Source: Marsupella aquatica
Lineage: Eukaryota > Plantae > Marchantiophyta
DNA: 64,000 nt
Assembly: GCA_973895155.1 (NCBI GenBank)
Contig: OZ316894.1
Coordinates: 4,860,944 to 4,924,943, forward strand
Reading direction: 5' to 3'
Below, in pieces: positions 50,717 through 64,000 of the stretch. Under the pieces are notes generated by a model that searched no databases, had not been told where the DNA came from, and saw only the letters and a list, made by a program, of their open reading frames with translations. The number at the start of each line of letters is the position of its first letter. Position 1 is the first letter of the stretch. The position numbers and the translations under genes were made by a program.

Positions 50717-51537
50717 CTGACTCCATGGCAGAGTCCTTGTTGCAAGGCAAGACCGTTTCTGGGTCTTCCACAGAGTGATGAAGGATTTGGGAGAGGTCCG
50801 GGTCATTTCCGGAGAAATCTTCAGCTGATCGCATGTCGGCCAGGATGACGCGGTTTGAGGCGGGACATCTACGATTTCCACAGGTCTCCAACTCCAAATT
50901 CGATTTTCACAGGTCTGCAACTCGTCAACTATCCCTCTTGCAGGTGCTGGAAGTGCAAGCCCCTTCACTCGGTGTGCAATTCTGTAGGCTCGGTTGTAGA
51001 GGATGGTCATTGTGAGAGTTATGTGGTTTGATTTTGTGTTGGCATTCGTGGCTGATTGTCGAGATCTTGGACCTGTATTGGAGATCACGGCGACTCCAGA
51101 GAATTGAGTAAATCAGCCGGCGCTATGATTATTTCGTTGCCGTGAATTGTTCAGCCGGATTTTTGTACAGTTGGAGATGTGAGCGTTGTAGAAGTGGGAT
51201 AATCCAGTGACCTTGCTTGATTTGTCTAGTGTCATATTTTAATACTGTTTCTTCAATTCTTTGATGTTCTGAGGACTGCTCTGTGGTCAATTCATGGATT
51301 CCCACCTCTTGGAATTTCTCTTGGAATTTTCAAATTTGGATGAGACGTTGTTGACGTGTGGCGCAATCCAAGAAGAGCATATGACAAAGGCATTGATGAT
51401 ATTGACTCGTACGACTCAAATTTCAGACTGGGTACTGGAGAACGAAAGAGGTCTTGGTTCTCGTGAGCATAGCCATTCAAAACCGAGCCGAGCCACTCCA
51501 TGCTGGTGTCTGAAGACCTGACAGCGCAGGGGAAACG

Positions 51538-54500
51538 ATGGAGCTTCAGCAGTCGAGTCGACGGGAAGATGCCTTAGGGATGTTTAACATTCTGTCCGAT
51601 GACATTCTCAGTCAAATTATCAGTTTGCTTTTGCCCCGAGACGTTGGGAAATTGGCCTGTGTCAGCAGGTAATAGCAAATCACTGCCTTTTTGCCGTTCT
51701 CATTTTGTTGTTTCCTCGTCAGTTCTTACAGAAACTGTGTCATCTTTCCTTCATCCTGAGCATCCTGTTCCGTATTGCACCACATCTACTGACGTTTCTG
51801 CTCCTTAAAAAATTGTTTTGAATTTTTGGTAGTAATGTTATTCTAGTCATTGATAATTGGTTAGAGTCCAGAGCTCAGTGATGGGTTTTTACTGACCTTA
51901 TGTCATTGCAGTGTCTTTAACATTCTCTGTGAAGAGGAGCCACTGTGGATGCAACTGTGTCTTGAGACACATCAAGGCTCGCTTGACTACAAAGGCACAT
52001 GGAAAGAAACAGCGTTGGCAAAGTGAGTTACTCCTTCAAGTAGTGCTTGTTCATTGCGTGATAGCTGAACAAATAGAAGATGACAACGTACTTGCGTGAA
52101 TTTTTCCCTTTTTGTTGATAACGACAAGATAGACGATAGGCTCGTTGAATGAATTTTCCGACCTTTTGTACCCTTTTCACGTCTAAAATTTCAGGAAAGA
52201 ACTGTATTTTGGTTGGCAACCCATGCTGCAAAACCCACACTGCACTCTAAATGCTTGCAGCTATTTTAGGATGTGAATTTTGAGTACTTTCTATGCTAGA
52301 CTTTATATGTTATAGCGGTCCTCAGAGACGGGTCATCATGGTTGTAATTGTGTACGTCTGGAACGAGTCATTGCAGCAATGACGGCTCTATAAGCTTTTA
52401 TGGATGATCATTTGTATATGCACTATTTATGGTCTCTTCTCTGATTCAGGCTCATTTTGCTTGGATCAATCAGGTTGGCTTTAGCCAAGGATACGAATTT
52501 GCTGTCCAAAAAACCTCGACAATTTCCAGGTTAGAAATCTCTATCCTGTTCTGAGAAGATATCTGCATCCTTTCCATCGGAGTTACGGCAAAATGCTCGC
52601 ATCGACCTATGATTAATGCTGCATGAAACAACTAATATGTGAAGTGTGCCAGAAGGACGTTTTCTCCGTGAATTTATTAATCTTGGACCACGGATATTTG
52701 GCAGGATTTAGCTCGTTATTTCTGTACCAACGATGGTATAGATGTCACGTTGCACTGGAGGGTTTTGCGTTGGACAATGGTGCTGTGGAAAGAAGAAGTT
52801 CCGTCCTCCCCGAAGAGTTTTCAGCCAACTATGATGGCAAGAAACCTGTGAGTCAGCATATCCTTTCCAGATGCACTGTCATTTTCCAATGATTACCTTG
52901 ATATCTCCCCTAAATTTGGTCACAGACCAGAAATGATAATATGGAAACCTTGATCTGCATTGTCAGGTTCTGCTCACAGATTTGCTGGATGATTGGCCAG
53001 CGAGAAAGACGTGGAGTTTGGATCAGCTCATAGAAAAGTGTGGGGATGCTGAGTTTAAGGTCACACAACCGCACGGGACAGCTCTTCCAATGAAGCTGAA
53101 AGACTTTGCACGATACATGGATGTGCAGCATGATGAAGAACCGCTCTATATATTTGATGCGAAGGTTCCTTCTCTTCCCTCTGTTATAACTTAGTCATCT
53201 AACCATAGACAATATTTTAAGGGTCTTATGCGGGGACAAGGAAGACTCCTTCCCAGGATACAACTGTCTAACGAAATAGTCTGGACAGTCAGGCAGTAGG
53301 AGAATCACTATAGGGCAGAGAGGAAACACATTTAAAAAATATGGTGATGATAAGTAGAGGGTGGACAACTGTGCCTGACATTATTTATTGCTCATGCTAC
53401 TCTTTACGCATAGTTTCCTTTCTTTTTGTGGAATGGCACGATCTTCCTTGCAGTTTGGAGAGACAGTGCCAGAGCTTCTGAATGACTACAAGGTGCCAAC
53501 ATTGTTTTCGGATGATCTGCTCTCAGTTCTTAGTGATTGTGAACGACCCCCTTACCGCTGGCTAGTGCTAGGTCCTGCCAGGTCAGGGGCTTCATGGCAT
53601 GTGGATCCATCCTTGACAAGTGCTTGGAACTCTTTACTAAGTGGACGAAAGAGGTGACCGATCATTTTGAAGCAAGCAGCACATTCCACTTCATACGTGA
53701 CTTTCTGCATATTGCTATCATAGTCATCCGTGTCATTGATGTACGTGCTTATTGAACAATGTACATTGCAGAAGTAAAATTCTAAAGTTATTCTGGATTT
53801 TGTCCAGCTTTCGTCGTTCTTAAACCGTGTTTCATAAAAACAATTTCAGGTGGGCTCTTTATCCACCTGGTAAGGTTCCTCCTGGCGTGACCTTGGACGT
53901 TAATGAGGACGATGGAAGTGTTCACTATGATGGACCAAATTCTGTCCAGGTAGGAGAACTCGTTTACATGTTTACCATATTCCAACCAGATTGTCGAGGG
54001 GCGTACATTCTAGACAGGAGGCACCAATCATTGATTTCAGAAAACCATAAAGTCAACTGTAATCATAAAGAAAATTTCTTGATCTTGTTGGACGCATCGT
54101 TAGAACAGAACAGCCCATGCAATTAGTACATGCCATCATATGCTGGTTTTTGGAAGATATCTACCTTTCCCACTTTAAAATGTCTTCGTTATCCACTTTA
54201 ACTTGTTACCTCTTGGTCACAGTGGTGGCTGGATGTGTATCCGCATTTAGACGAAGCTGACAAACCGCTGGAGTGCACTCAGCTTCCGGGGGAAACGATA
54301 TATGTGCCAAGTGGATGGTGGCATTGTGTTCTTAACATTGATGCTTCAGTGGCGGTCACTCAGAACTTTGTGAATGTAAATAACTTGGAGATCGTTTGCA
54401 TGGATTTGACCCCGGGGTATCGCCATCGGGCCGTAGCACGTGCTGGAATGATTGCTTTCGATGCCCGAATGGTTCGCCAAAGGCCAGAAATGGAGGAAGC

Positions 54501-57500
54501 GGATTCATTTCCGGAAAATCCGGTCTTGACCAGCGTTCAGAAAGATTGTCAGCTGTTGCCAATCTCTATCAATTTCGAGGATGTGATATTGGCAAACGGG
54601 GTAAAAAGGGCTGGAGGTATTACGGATAAAAATCTGCTTCTCGCTCTAGACGCTTTGAAGGTACGTCCAGAAGGAGATCGTGCTTTTTCAGGTAAAGCAC
54701 ACAACGATACCATGGAAGAAAATTTACGGAAATGGCTCCGTACCCTTTGGGTAGAGAGACCTGAACTTCAGAAGACAATTTGGAGGGTGAGTTACTTGTT
54801 TTTCAGTTGATGAAAGAGTTCCCTATGATCTGTATTTTAATTTCATGTGTGCCTCTATTGCAAGAACCCGCATCTGAATATTTGTAGTCAAGTTCCAAAT
54901 CCCTTTACCCGTTAATTTCTCATTTCACATAATATTTGGACCAACCCTTAACGTAGAAGACGATGATAATCTTGGACTCAGATAATTCAATCTAGTGAAG
55001 TTATATGCTCTTTCCAAACAGATAGATCGTTGTCCAGCTCCATTCATCCACCCTATGATTATTGACAAGCCCTCTCCATAGAAGTAACGCTTGACAAGAT
55101 CGCTTTTGTTTCTGTCCAGGCTGCATGTCTTGCTATCGATGCTGGGACGTGGCTCCATAGGATTAACATCATATGCGACACCTGTGGTTTTCCTCATCCT
55201 GCAGCCGAGGAGCAACTTCCTGTTGGAGACGGAACTAATCCTGTAATTTCACCTTCTAGTATCTTCTATATCTATTCATTAGATACTGAAACTGTCCCCT
55301 GTAAATGGAAGCCACTTAAAGATCTCTAGTTTAACCCCGTTTTCAGCATAACAGAATTGTCATAGGTTGTTGTTGTTTAAATCCGTGATTAGAGATCTTT
55401 CGTTGTGTCTTCTTCAGAACAAAATCGCGCTGTTCGATATAGAGATTTTCTTCGTTGACATTGTTAGTATGCATTGTTCATGCCACAGTAAACACTCAAC
55501 CTATTACGCATTAGTGTGAAGTGCTGAATTTCATGTATGTTTCTGATTAAGGAATTTTAAATTTTGGCTCACTAGGTCTTCGTTGTTGGAGACCATGTAA
55601 TAAAGCTCTACATACAGGACGGGCCAGCTGCTGCAATTGATGCGCTAGGGTCTGAGGTACTGTCCCTCTACACGTGGACATTATATATTGTAGAAGTTCT
55701 TTCTCAGCACCAAGGTCAATTAATAGGACTGGGAGTATGACCCCACATTTTCTCGTCAGCTGCAAGGTTGCTCGAATTTAGCCTGCCATTGAGCCTTATG
55801 CAACTGTTTCATTCATGTTTATGCAGCTGGAATTCTATACTCTCTTAAAGGAAAGTGTGTCACCCTTTCAAGATGTCGTTCCAGAGTTAGTAACCGGTGG
55901 CATTCTGTATCCGGACGGTGAAGATTACAAGGCTTTTGCCTGGGATGGAACAGATGATTGTCCTCAGGTGTACACTAAAAACATTATCATTGGAAGGAAA
56001 CGGTGTAGAGAATCAGAGAGAACTGGGAAAGACAGATTCAGAACTAGATGGTCCGCGAATCACAGTACGTCCACAGCAGACAAGACTCATCCTTTGGCTC
56101 AAGAAGCCAGGTTATGGCCTTACGTTGTGACTAAACGGTGTCCAGGACGAACTTTGTCCGAAGCGTGAGCATCTCTCCCCTCCAAAGTATTGAAAGTTTC
56201 TTTGATGACATCTGATCGTAGAGAATTACTGTTTGTCGAAAGTGAACAGCTTCTCAAACGCTGAAGAATTCTGTGTGCAGGCGTAAGGATATGACTGAAA
56301 ACGATATGATGTCATTGACTGCCTTCCTTGGAAGGCAACTGCGTTTCCTTCATACGTTACCTCTCCCTGCACCTGAGCTGATGGCATGTGACAATGCCCG
56401 AAGTGAGAAATCTCTTGTTCCAGAGAATTTTTCCGAGGGCAAGGTAAGAAGTAGGGGTTTCAAGGAGGCAAAGCATGAAAGCAAGTCACCTTATACAGAT
56501 GAATTTTCAGCTCAACCTAGAAATGAGATTTCTCGAACAGTAATGACAACAGCGATTCCTAACGAACCACAAGTAGATGATCCGTTACAAGTACAATGGG
56601 AGGTTTCGAAGGCTTGGGATCCATTCGTGTCTTTCCTTCGAAATCAGCGGAAATCTCTTTTCGAACGCTTCAAAGAATGGTGAGGCCAAGGTTTTATCGT
56701 TGAAATAAAAGACAATGTTTTGCTATGTTGTGTAGTCTTCAAACTGTCCCTCTTGATCTCCTCAGATTTAAAGCCACAAAGTAACCTTAGACCACTGATT
56801 ATAACACTCGGTGTCGTGCAGGGGTCCACTTCCTGATCAGTTACTAAAGCAGTTGGATACCTACTTGCCGAAAGATCCAGTGGTACTTATTGGGAATATT
56901 CAGGTTCATTCCTCTTCTCTTTCAAGTATTTTTCTGAAATCGTGATTCTGGTTAGTCGAGGACACTTCTGATATGTTTTGCGAGGAAATTTTGACAGCAC
57001 TAATCATGCTAAGACTTACGTTCATTTCACTTTTGCTCTATTTCATCATTGTCCCTTCCTGATTGCACATGGGTGGAATACCCTTCTTGATAAAACAGTT
57101 ATCTACTACTTACTGAGAAAGTATTTTCCAGGTAGTCAATGGAGTGGTTGATGTATCAACAGCTCCTGTCTGGCTTCACAAGGATCTGATGATGGACAAT
57201 ATTTTAGTGGAGGAAGCAGCCGTTGGTACGTTGAAGTCTGAGGAAACTCCATCAGATTGCGCTTGCGATGACCAACAGAACAGACTATTTGAGTCGAACA
57301 AGGGTTACACTATTCAGCCTCGGTATATCATCGACTACGGAGACATAATTCATGGTGAGTTTCAAATGGAAGGCAGCACATTTCCCACAATGACACCCAG
57401 TAAACTCTAAGTGACTATCAATATGAATCGAAGCGAAAGTCTAATCATATCATCGCTTGGCGGTCTTGTATGCAGGGGATCCCCTTTATGATCTCGTGCC

Positions 57501-58199
57501 TTTACACTTGGATATTCTTAAGCTGGAAGGGAGTCGGCTGGAGTGGTTCTTAAAGAGTTATCAGTTTCCTCTTTCAAATTCTCCACAAACAGGGATGAGG
57601 CACGTAAGACTGGCTGAAGGAGCAAAAAGCGAGAGGCAATATACGTTATCATATTGTGCAATGTGAGTCCTTGACCTGATTACGTGGATGGGAGGGAGAG
57701 CTTTTTGTCTAGATCGTGAAGAACTAGAAGTTGATGATATGAAGACGTTTTGTACCTCCACAAAACCGGAGAGTGTTTTTGAGGATAAATTATAGTTATG
57801 ATTACCTGTAAGTAGTGAATTGTTTTTTTGGGGTCGGCCAAATTTAGTTTTTGCTTTTGGTTTTGAACCATTCACATTACATCGAGGCTACGGGCCAGAT
57901 TATAACATGCCCGAGGCTTTGGTTGAAAAGTAGTTTGGTAAGCATTGGGATTTGTCCGGAAGTGAATCATCAGGTTTTTTAAAATCGATTTGGTTGAATG
58001 ACTTCAAAGCTTGATCTGCGTTGACCACTCGAGCACTCAGTCTTGACAAATGGTTGTGTTGAGCAGGTGTTATTGTTTGTTGCATGAGCTCAATGTGATG
58101 GTCTCCATTTTCAAGCTGAAACCGGAAATTGAGACAGCCGAGTCATTTGAAGAGATTGAGCAGAAACTATGGGGCCCTCTCAACAATCACGCCCCATAG
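51538..58199 (+). CDS. F-box + JmjC (JMJD6-like) + C-terminal aminoglycoside-phosphotransferase-like protein, similar to Arabidopsis At1g78280; ~16 exons
   Basis: F-box RREDALGMFNILSDDILSQIISLLLPRDVGKLACVSSVFNILCEEEPLW. JmjC [75 protein letters not shown]...AVTQNF. Kinase-like WLHKDLMMDNIL...IIDYGD...GDPLYDL. Last exon CYCLLHE...LWGPLNNHAP* (TAG 58197-58199). All joins use GT-AG; an in-frame TGA at 51511 precedes the ATG. Confidence 0.93.
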
Positions 58200-61100
58200 A
58201 TGATTCTACATCCAGGCAAAATTAGCATCATAGGAGTGGTGTCCGCTAACCGTAGTGATTATAAGCAATTTTTCAATGAGGTATGCAAGTTGGGGTTGCA
58301 GAATCCTGACCAGTAGGAAGGATTTCAGGAAATTCTTTGAAAGAGCAATTTCTCTTTGCCCGAATTGGGCTTTGTGTACTTTTAAAACTAATGTTTTTCT
58401 TGAGCTTGTCCTCTGTTCAACATGCAAATTCATCACAGATTCGTTTCTTCTTCTTTTTGTCGCCCAAATGGAGGGTTTGACATGGAAATCTGGGACATTA
58501 AATTCTCTTTCGTTATTGAAGTTGATTAAACCAAGGCATAACAGGGCAAACTCGAGCCTTGCTGAACAGCAATCTGTGGAAGATCGTTGTCATTGATGTA
58601 GAGGTATCTCGAACCCTTAGCATCTCATATGTTTCAATTTTGGACTGCTGGTTCTAACTATGTATGGGTTTGTTCGGAAATTATTGCATGGACCTACTCG
58701 AAATTCGCGATTCTTCTGTAGAAGCAAGCATTTTTGGAGTCAAAGGTCACCTGTCCTATGCATTATTTCCTTATGGAGGCTTTTAATAGCGTAGTCTTGA
58801 ATTATCCTCTCTTCAATGGACATGGTTCAGTCACACAAAAGTTAGATATTCGATTGAAGCCCTCGTGAGTTGGGTAAGGCGGATATTTACATTCTAACTA
58901 AAGTAGAAGTCTATATTAAAGATGGCACAGCGCATTGTGCAATGTATTGATTTGCCTACAAGTGTGCAAAACAAATGTAGGAACATTTTCTCACCCAACC
59001 AAGTTCGAGAGTTGAAGCCTCCAGAAGGACTTCAAATTTTCACCCATTTCCAGGCCTCAAATTGCAACAAAGTGCTCTAACTTGACAACATTACAAGTGG
59101 TTTTCTAGAGACCTCGTGGAAGAACTGTCCTGTAAGGCTGAAATTTAAAGTAAACGCTTTAATTACAGAAAAATGGGGGTTGAGATTTTCAAACCATGTT
59201 GTGTTCCAAACCCATATGTCCACAATTACAATCCGAAAAGGCACCCCACTTGCAAAATTTCTCCCCTTTGTTTGGAAAGAGCTCCAAAGAAACGCGTCTC
59301 ATTGCAAACCAAGCCTTGCAACTCAATACGCAACCTCATGAACTTGTTTAAGGGGAGACATGAAGAAAGGAAATTGAAACACATGACTGAAAAAGCTAGA
59401 GCAAGGAAAAAATTGTCAATGTTTGGTCCTGAAATTCAATGTCCACCGGAAGTATTGCCACCAAGGCAGAAGCCTTTAAAAAGCCTGAGAGATGCAATTC
59501 AGGATGCACATCCATCATGAGGGCAAGGTCAAATGTCAAATTCAAACGACAACGTGCATTAGCCCATCTGGCTCATAAGCTCCTTTGACAAATTTGACAT
59601 GACTTGTGTCAAATTCTCGACTGTTTGTTCTTCATGATTGTTTCATGAAGTATTTGAATTTGAAAATTATAATGCAAGATCGCAATGATGGAGATAAGTT
59701 AGCACTTCAAGCATTAAATTCATCCATCGTCTCAATGGATGGGAACTCCCTTGGAATTGCGAACTTCCAAACCTTACTAAAACTTTCCAAGTATTTCTTA
59801 TTTAGGTGGTTATTCGAGAAAGCCAATCTTCAATGACTTTCCAAATTTAAGTTTTCGTAATAGTGATCACACGGATATACGATTGCATCTATTCTAGAGA
59901 TTGAAAACAGAATCCTCCCAAAGCTCTCTCTCGCTCTCTCTTTCTCAAACTAGGAAAACATACAATACGAAAACTGATCCATGACAAATATGGATCAATG
60001 ACAAGCTTGTCTCCTTTCGAAGACAGTACCCATAGATAAATACGTAAAAGGTTGGCACAAACAGGAGACAATTTGATGGTGTTAGGGGATAGCTAGCGAA
60101 GGTACTCAACTGATAGCCCCTTCAATCGTCTCCTGACCAACAGAATTACAACTATCCACACCCTAACATATGCAAAACAATTAGAAAATGCAAAATTGGA
60201 CCCCGGCTTGCACACCTTGATACCGGTTTCTGTGCACCTATGAAACCATCATGATTTTGGGGAGATAAGGCGACGGTCCTCCTGTTACAGCATTAATGTA
60301 GAATGACAATAACCAGGAGGCTCGCTAAACTTCGGTTGAAACGACATATTCCGTCGCTCGTGAAACATTTGTTTTTTGTTACGATTCATGTTTGCCTAGT
60401 GAAATGAACACGAACTTCACCCACACCGTAACAGTGGCTTCCATTGCATATAGGGCAGCCAGAAGGGAACAATGCCTTGAAAGAGACCAGTGGAACATGC
60501 ATGCCTCACAGGAATTTGGACTTGAATTGACAGTGCCATGGAAATTAAGCGTGTTCATAAAGTGAGGAAAGAATGTCTTGAAAGGGACATACAGAACATG
60601 CGTGCCCATCACAAGAAGACAGTGGCATGGGAAGGGAGTGCGCATTCACGAAAAACAGGGGGTGTCTTAAATAGAGCGTTCCTTCGCATCCAAGTTCGCA
60701 CTAAGTTGTTGTGTACTTCTAAGCGACGAAGACGAAAAGGAAAAATTCAAACCCTTTGTACTCAAAGATCTGTAGCAAGCATGAAAATGGTCCCGGCCGC
60801 AAGAGTAGTTGAGCATGAAAAGACTAGGGGGCCATCAGAGAACACAGCAAAACCATGAAAAGCTTCCAATTGCTCTAAACACTAGCGCCTTCATTGTGCG
60901 TTCATGGGTGCAAGCAATAAGATTCAATCCAGTCTGAGGACACGAAGAGTCACCTCTCACATTAAACAAGTTTGGACTTAACAAGACCCAGGAGATGCCG
61001 GAAGTACTTCACAGTCCAGCAAGATGCCATCAAGAAGACTTAACAGACCCTGCGACTGCCCACCTTTGCCAGGTTCTTGTTGGAGTGGACACAATAAGTC

Positions 61101-61329
61101 ACACAGTCACGCACTTACTGTTGAGTGGTGTTTCACATTTGGTAAGCACAGTATGTTTTAGCGTAGCGTAGACTTTAGCGGAAGAGTTTAGGGAAAGAGT
61201 CTTGAGGAGGGCTGGGAGAGTCCAAAGTTCATTGGTGGGGGGGGGGGGGGTGAGTTTGAGACCTTAGTTTTTGAATGAGTAATATTGGCAGTCAATAGCT
61301 CCGGTGCCCACACCTGTGTGGTGTTTGTT

Positions 61330-61388
61330 CAATCGTGGACGTTGCCAGATAGTGGACAATCGTGGACGTTGCCAGATAGTGGACAATA
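61330..61388. repeat. Exact 27-bp tandem duplication
   Basis: CAATCGTGGACGTTGCCAGATAGTGGA twice. Confidence 0.95.
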
Positions 61389-61460
61389 GGCTTCATTGGA
61401 TTGTGCAAAGTGACTGAAAAGCACTGGCTAGTTCCAAGGTACCATGATATCATGATTTTT

Positions 61461-62790
61461 GAATAGGATAATGTCCTGGTTAGAGGACATTGTGGGATAT
61501 AATGCCCTGACAAAGGAGGAAAGTAACCCGAGTTTTGATGACATTATATTCACAATGCCCGTAACTAGGACATTAATGTATGTAAAAACAAGTGACTTTT
61601 TGGTAACAAACAAGAAAAAGTGAATCCCTGAAATAGAAAATTCAAATTAAAGGGTCATCCAAGAAGTGGTTGCTATGGAATTGGCCAAAATTATACGTTC
61701 TTTAGTTATATTAGATTCTATTCATAGATGTTTTGTTAGTATCACCATATAAGATTTGGTTACCATCTTGAAATCTTGAATAAAATTTATTATTTTGTTT
61801 TATATGGTAAAAATATATTAATTTTTATTTTAACAATATTTACAGTGTTTTGTATAAATCCCCTCCTCAAAAAAAGGGTGCATTATGAATAGGATAATGT
61901 CCTGGTTAGAGTGCATTGTGGGATAAAATGCCCGTAACTAGGACAGTAATGTATGTAAAAACTTGAGTGACTTTTGGGTAACAAACAAGAAAAATTGAAT
62001 CCCTAAAATAGAAAATTCAAATTAAAGGGTCATCCAAAAAGTGGTTGCTATGGAATTGGCCAAAAATATGCGTTCTTTAATTAGATTAGATTCTATTCAT
62101 AGATATTTTGTTAGTATCACCATATAAGATTTGATTATCATCTTGAGATCTTGAATATAATTTATTATTTTCTTTTATATGGTGAAACTATATTTAATTT
62201 TTATTTTTACTATATTTATGGTGTTTTGTATAATTCCCTCCTAAAAAAGGGGTGCATTATGGAGAATTAATGCACTCAAATATACAAAGAGAAAAGTCAT
62301 GAAAGGCTTTACGAATAGTATAATGTCCTGGTTAGAGGGCATTGTGGGATATAATGCCCGTAACTAGGACATCAATGTATCTAAAAACTTGAGTGACTTT
62401 TGGGTAACAAACAAGAAAAAGTGAATCCCTGAAATAGAAAATTCAAATTAAAAGGTCATCAAAGAAGTGGTTGCTATGGAATTGACCAAAAATATATGTT
62501 CTCTAGTTATATTAGATTATATTCATAGATATTTTGTTAGTATCACCATATAAGATTTGGTTATCATTTTGAGATCTTGAATAAATTTATTATTTTGTTT
62601 TATATGGTAAAACTATATTTAATTTTTACTTTTACTATATTTACGGGTGTTTTGTATAAATCCCCTCCTTATAAGAAGGGGTGCATTATGGAGAATTAAT
62701 GCACTCAAATATACAAAGAGAAAAGTCAAAGTCTTTACGGAGAATTAATGCACTCAAAAATACAAATTGAAAAGTCACCAAAGTCTTTAC
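61461..62790. repeat. AT-rich tandem repeat, 426-bp period x3
   Basis: Units start GAATAG(G/T)ATAATGTCCTGGTTAGAG at 61461, 61887 and 62313 and align along their length. Confidence 0.96.
61471..61573. mobile_element. 103-bp MITE-like hairpin with TA flanks inside repeat unit 1
   Basis: Left arm ATGTCCTGGTTAGAGGACATTGTGGGATATAATG pairs imperfectly with right arm CATTATATTCACAATGCCCGTAACTAGGACAT; TA on both sides. Confidence 0.65.
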
Positions 62791-63552
62791 GTTTTGAGAT
62801 TGAAGGACGATTTCTCTGTTCTGCCTGAGGTCTGTTATGGTGCAATTGTGAAAATCCAGAATAGCAGAAGCTGATTGCCTAACTGTAAGGTACATTATAA
62901 GTTATTGAGGTTGGATTGGCAAGTTAAAAGTGTGGAAAACTTGGGCTTAACAGGCTGGGAAGGGCTGCCATTCTTGTGCGGAAGCAGGTGAGCTTTGCCG
63001 TTGAACCTGAATCGCCACAAATTAAATTTCAAGGTGCAATTTTTTGCAGGGCGCAATACCATTCCTTCCCCAGTAGACAGTCAAAGAAAGGTAATTATAT
63101 CCTGAAACAGCTTCACTGACCCTTTTGCATGCAATATGAACTACAATTTGTCGGTTTTGCCTTGCATGTGCTTTGTTGCTGATGATTAGGTGTACCCTTA
63201 TCAGAATGTTGGTTTGGCTTCAGTAATTAAAGGATTTGCAAGCAACCTCTCATTTTCTTTTGGGCAATAACATCAAATTGTTATGTTTGTAATGTAATGC
63301 AGGTTCAGTGATCATTTATGGGCGAATTCTCTTTGTTTTTGTTTGTTGTGTGGGTACTTACATGTGCCTATGCAATGGTGCACGCTTGCAATCTGCAAGT
63401 ACAAAGTCATTGCTGAGTAAGGAAGAGGATGAATGTGACTTGATGACACTGAGAAATATGACACTGAGAAGGACAGCTAGGGAGATGACAGTAAGACCTA
63501 TTTATCAGCTGATGAGGAGGATGAATGTAGTGTTGTATACCATTCCCTTCTC

Positions 63553-63900
63553 ATGCCTCCTTTGGCAGACCATATTTTTACTGACCATGTGTGGGTAGAG
63601 GTGGCTTACATATTTCCAGACTGGCAGCTTGCCCAATGTAGATATGTTAGTAGTGCATGGAGGAACTTGATTAATGTTACCTTCCCTTGGGGTTTAATCA
63701 ATGATTGCGGTTTAATGGATGCACACAATTTGCGTGACTATGTCCTCATGACTGCGGGTATTGACATTGAGGACTACTGAAATGAAAAAGACTTTCATAA
63801 CTCAATATTTTCTGTGACCAGTGCTCTTCACTCATTTAGTAAAACGCACCATGAATATGGGTTGTTTGCCTCAATTATGTTATCTAATTATTACACCTTC
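63553..63900 (+). pseudogene. F-box-like ORF, probably decayed
   Basis: FTDHVWVEVAYIFPDWQLAQCRYVSSAWRNLI resembles the F-box consensus (…CRxVSKxWRxLI). A TGA at 63778-63780 is followed by ~40 more open codons that run into a microsatellite. Confidence 0.5.
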
Positions 63901-63904
63901 AAAT

Positions 63905-63993
63905 CACTACACTACACTACGCTACACTACACTACACTACACTACACTACACTACACTACACTACACTACACTACACTACACTACACTACACT
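63905..63993. repeat. (CACTA)n pentanucleotide microsatellite, ~18 copies
   Basis: Near-perfect run of CACTA with one CGCTA variant. Confidence 0.98.
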
Positions 63994-64000
63994 CATGGCA

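Noticed and set aside
63905-63993. Possible telomeric repeat or CACTA transposon end
   Set aside because: The unit is a 5-mer unlike TTTAGGG, is followed by ordinary sequence and has no TIR extension; it is a plain microsatellite.

Overview
Eukaryotic land-plant genomic DNA, inferred to be a bryophyte and probably a liverwort from GT-AG intron-rich genes, a CC-type glutaredoxin and microsatellite-rich leaders. Four intact genes are supported: an intronless CC-type glutaredoxin (ROXY, 4189-4575 +), a 10-exon WD40 tRNA m7G46 methyltransferase subunit (TRM82/WDR4, 17792-22260 -), a 10-exon SurE-family phosphatase ending in a PTS1-like SAL (36783-41750 -), and a ~16-exon F-box/JmjC/phosphotransferase-like protein (51538-58199 +). 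The most striking structure is a dead Ty1/copia element (28190-34379). Its LTR, PBS and RT lie on the minus strand, but its gag-protease-integrase block is flipped onto the plus strand with an ~840-bp inverted duplication at the breakpoints, and a second micro-inversion of the same geometry lies at its truncated RT end. Intergenic DNA holds many short tandem arrays, some apparently born from a promoter, a LINE-like 3' end or a MITE. It also holds MITE-like hairpins, an unidentified decayed minus-strand ORF (~6.5-8.4 kb) and an F-box pseudogene-like ORF at the right edge. No RNA genes or CRISPR arrays were found, and I found no convincing new biological system. Exon borders were read by eye and no database search was possible.
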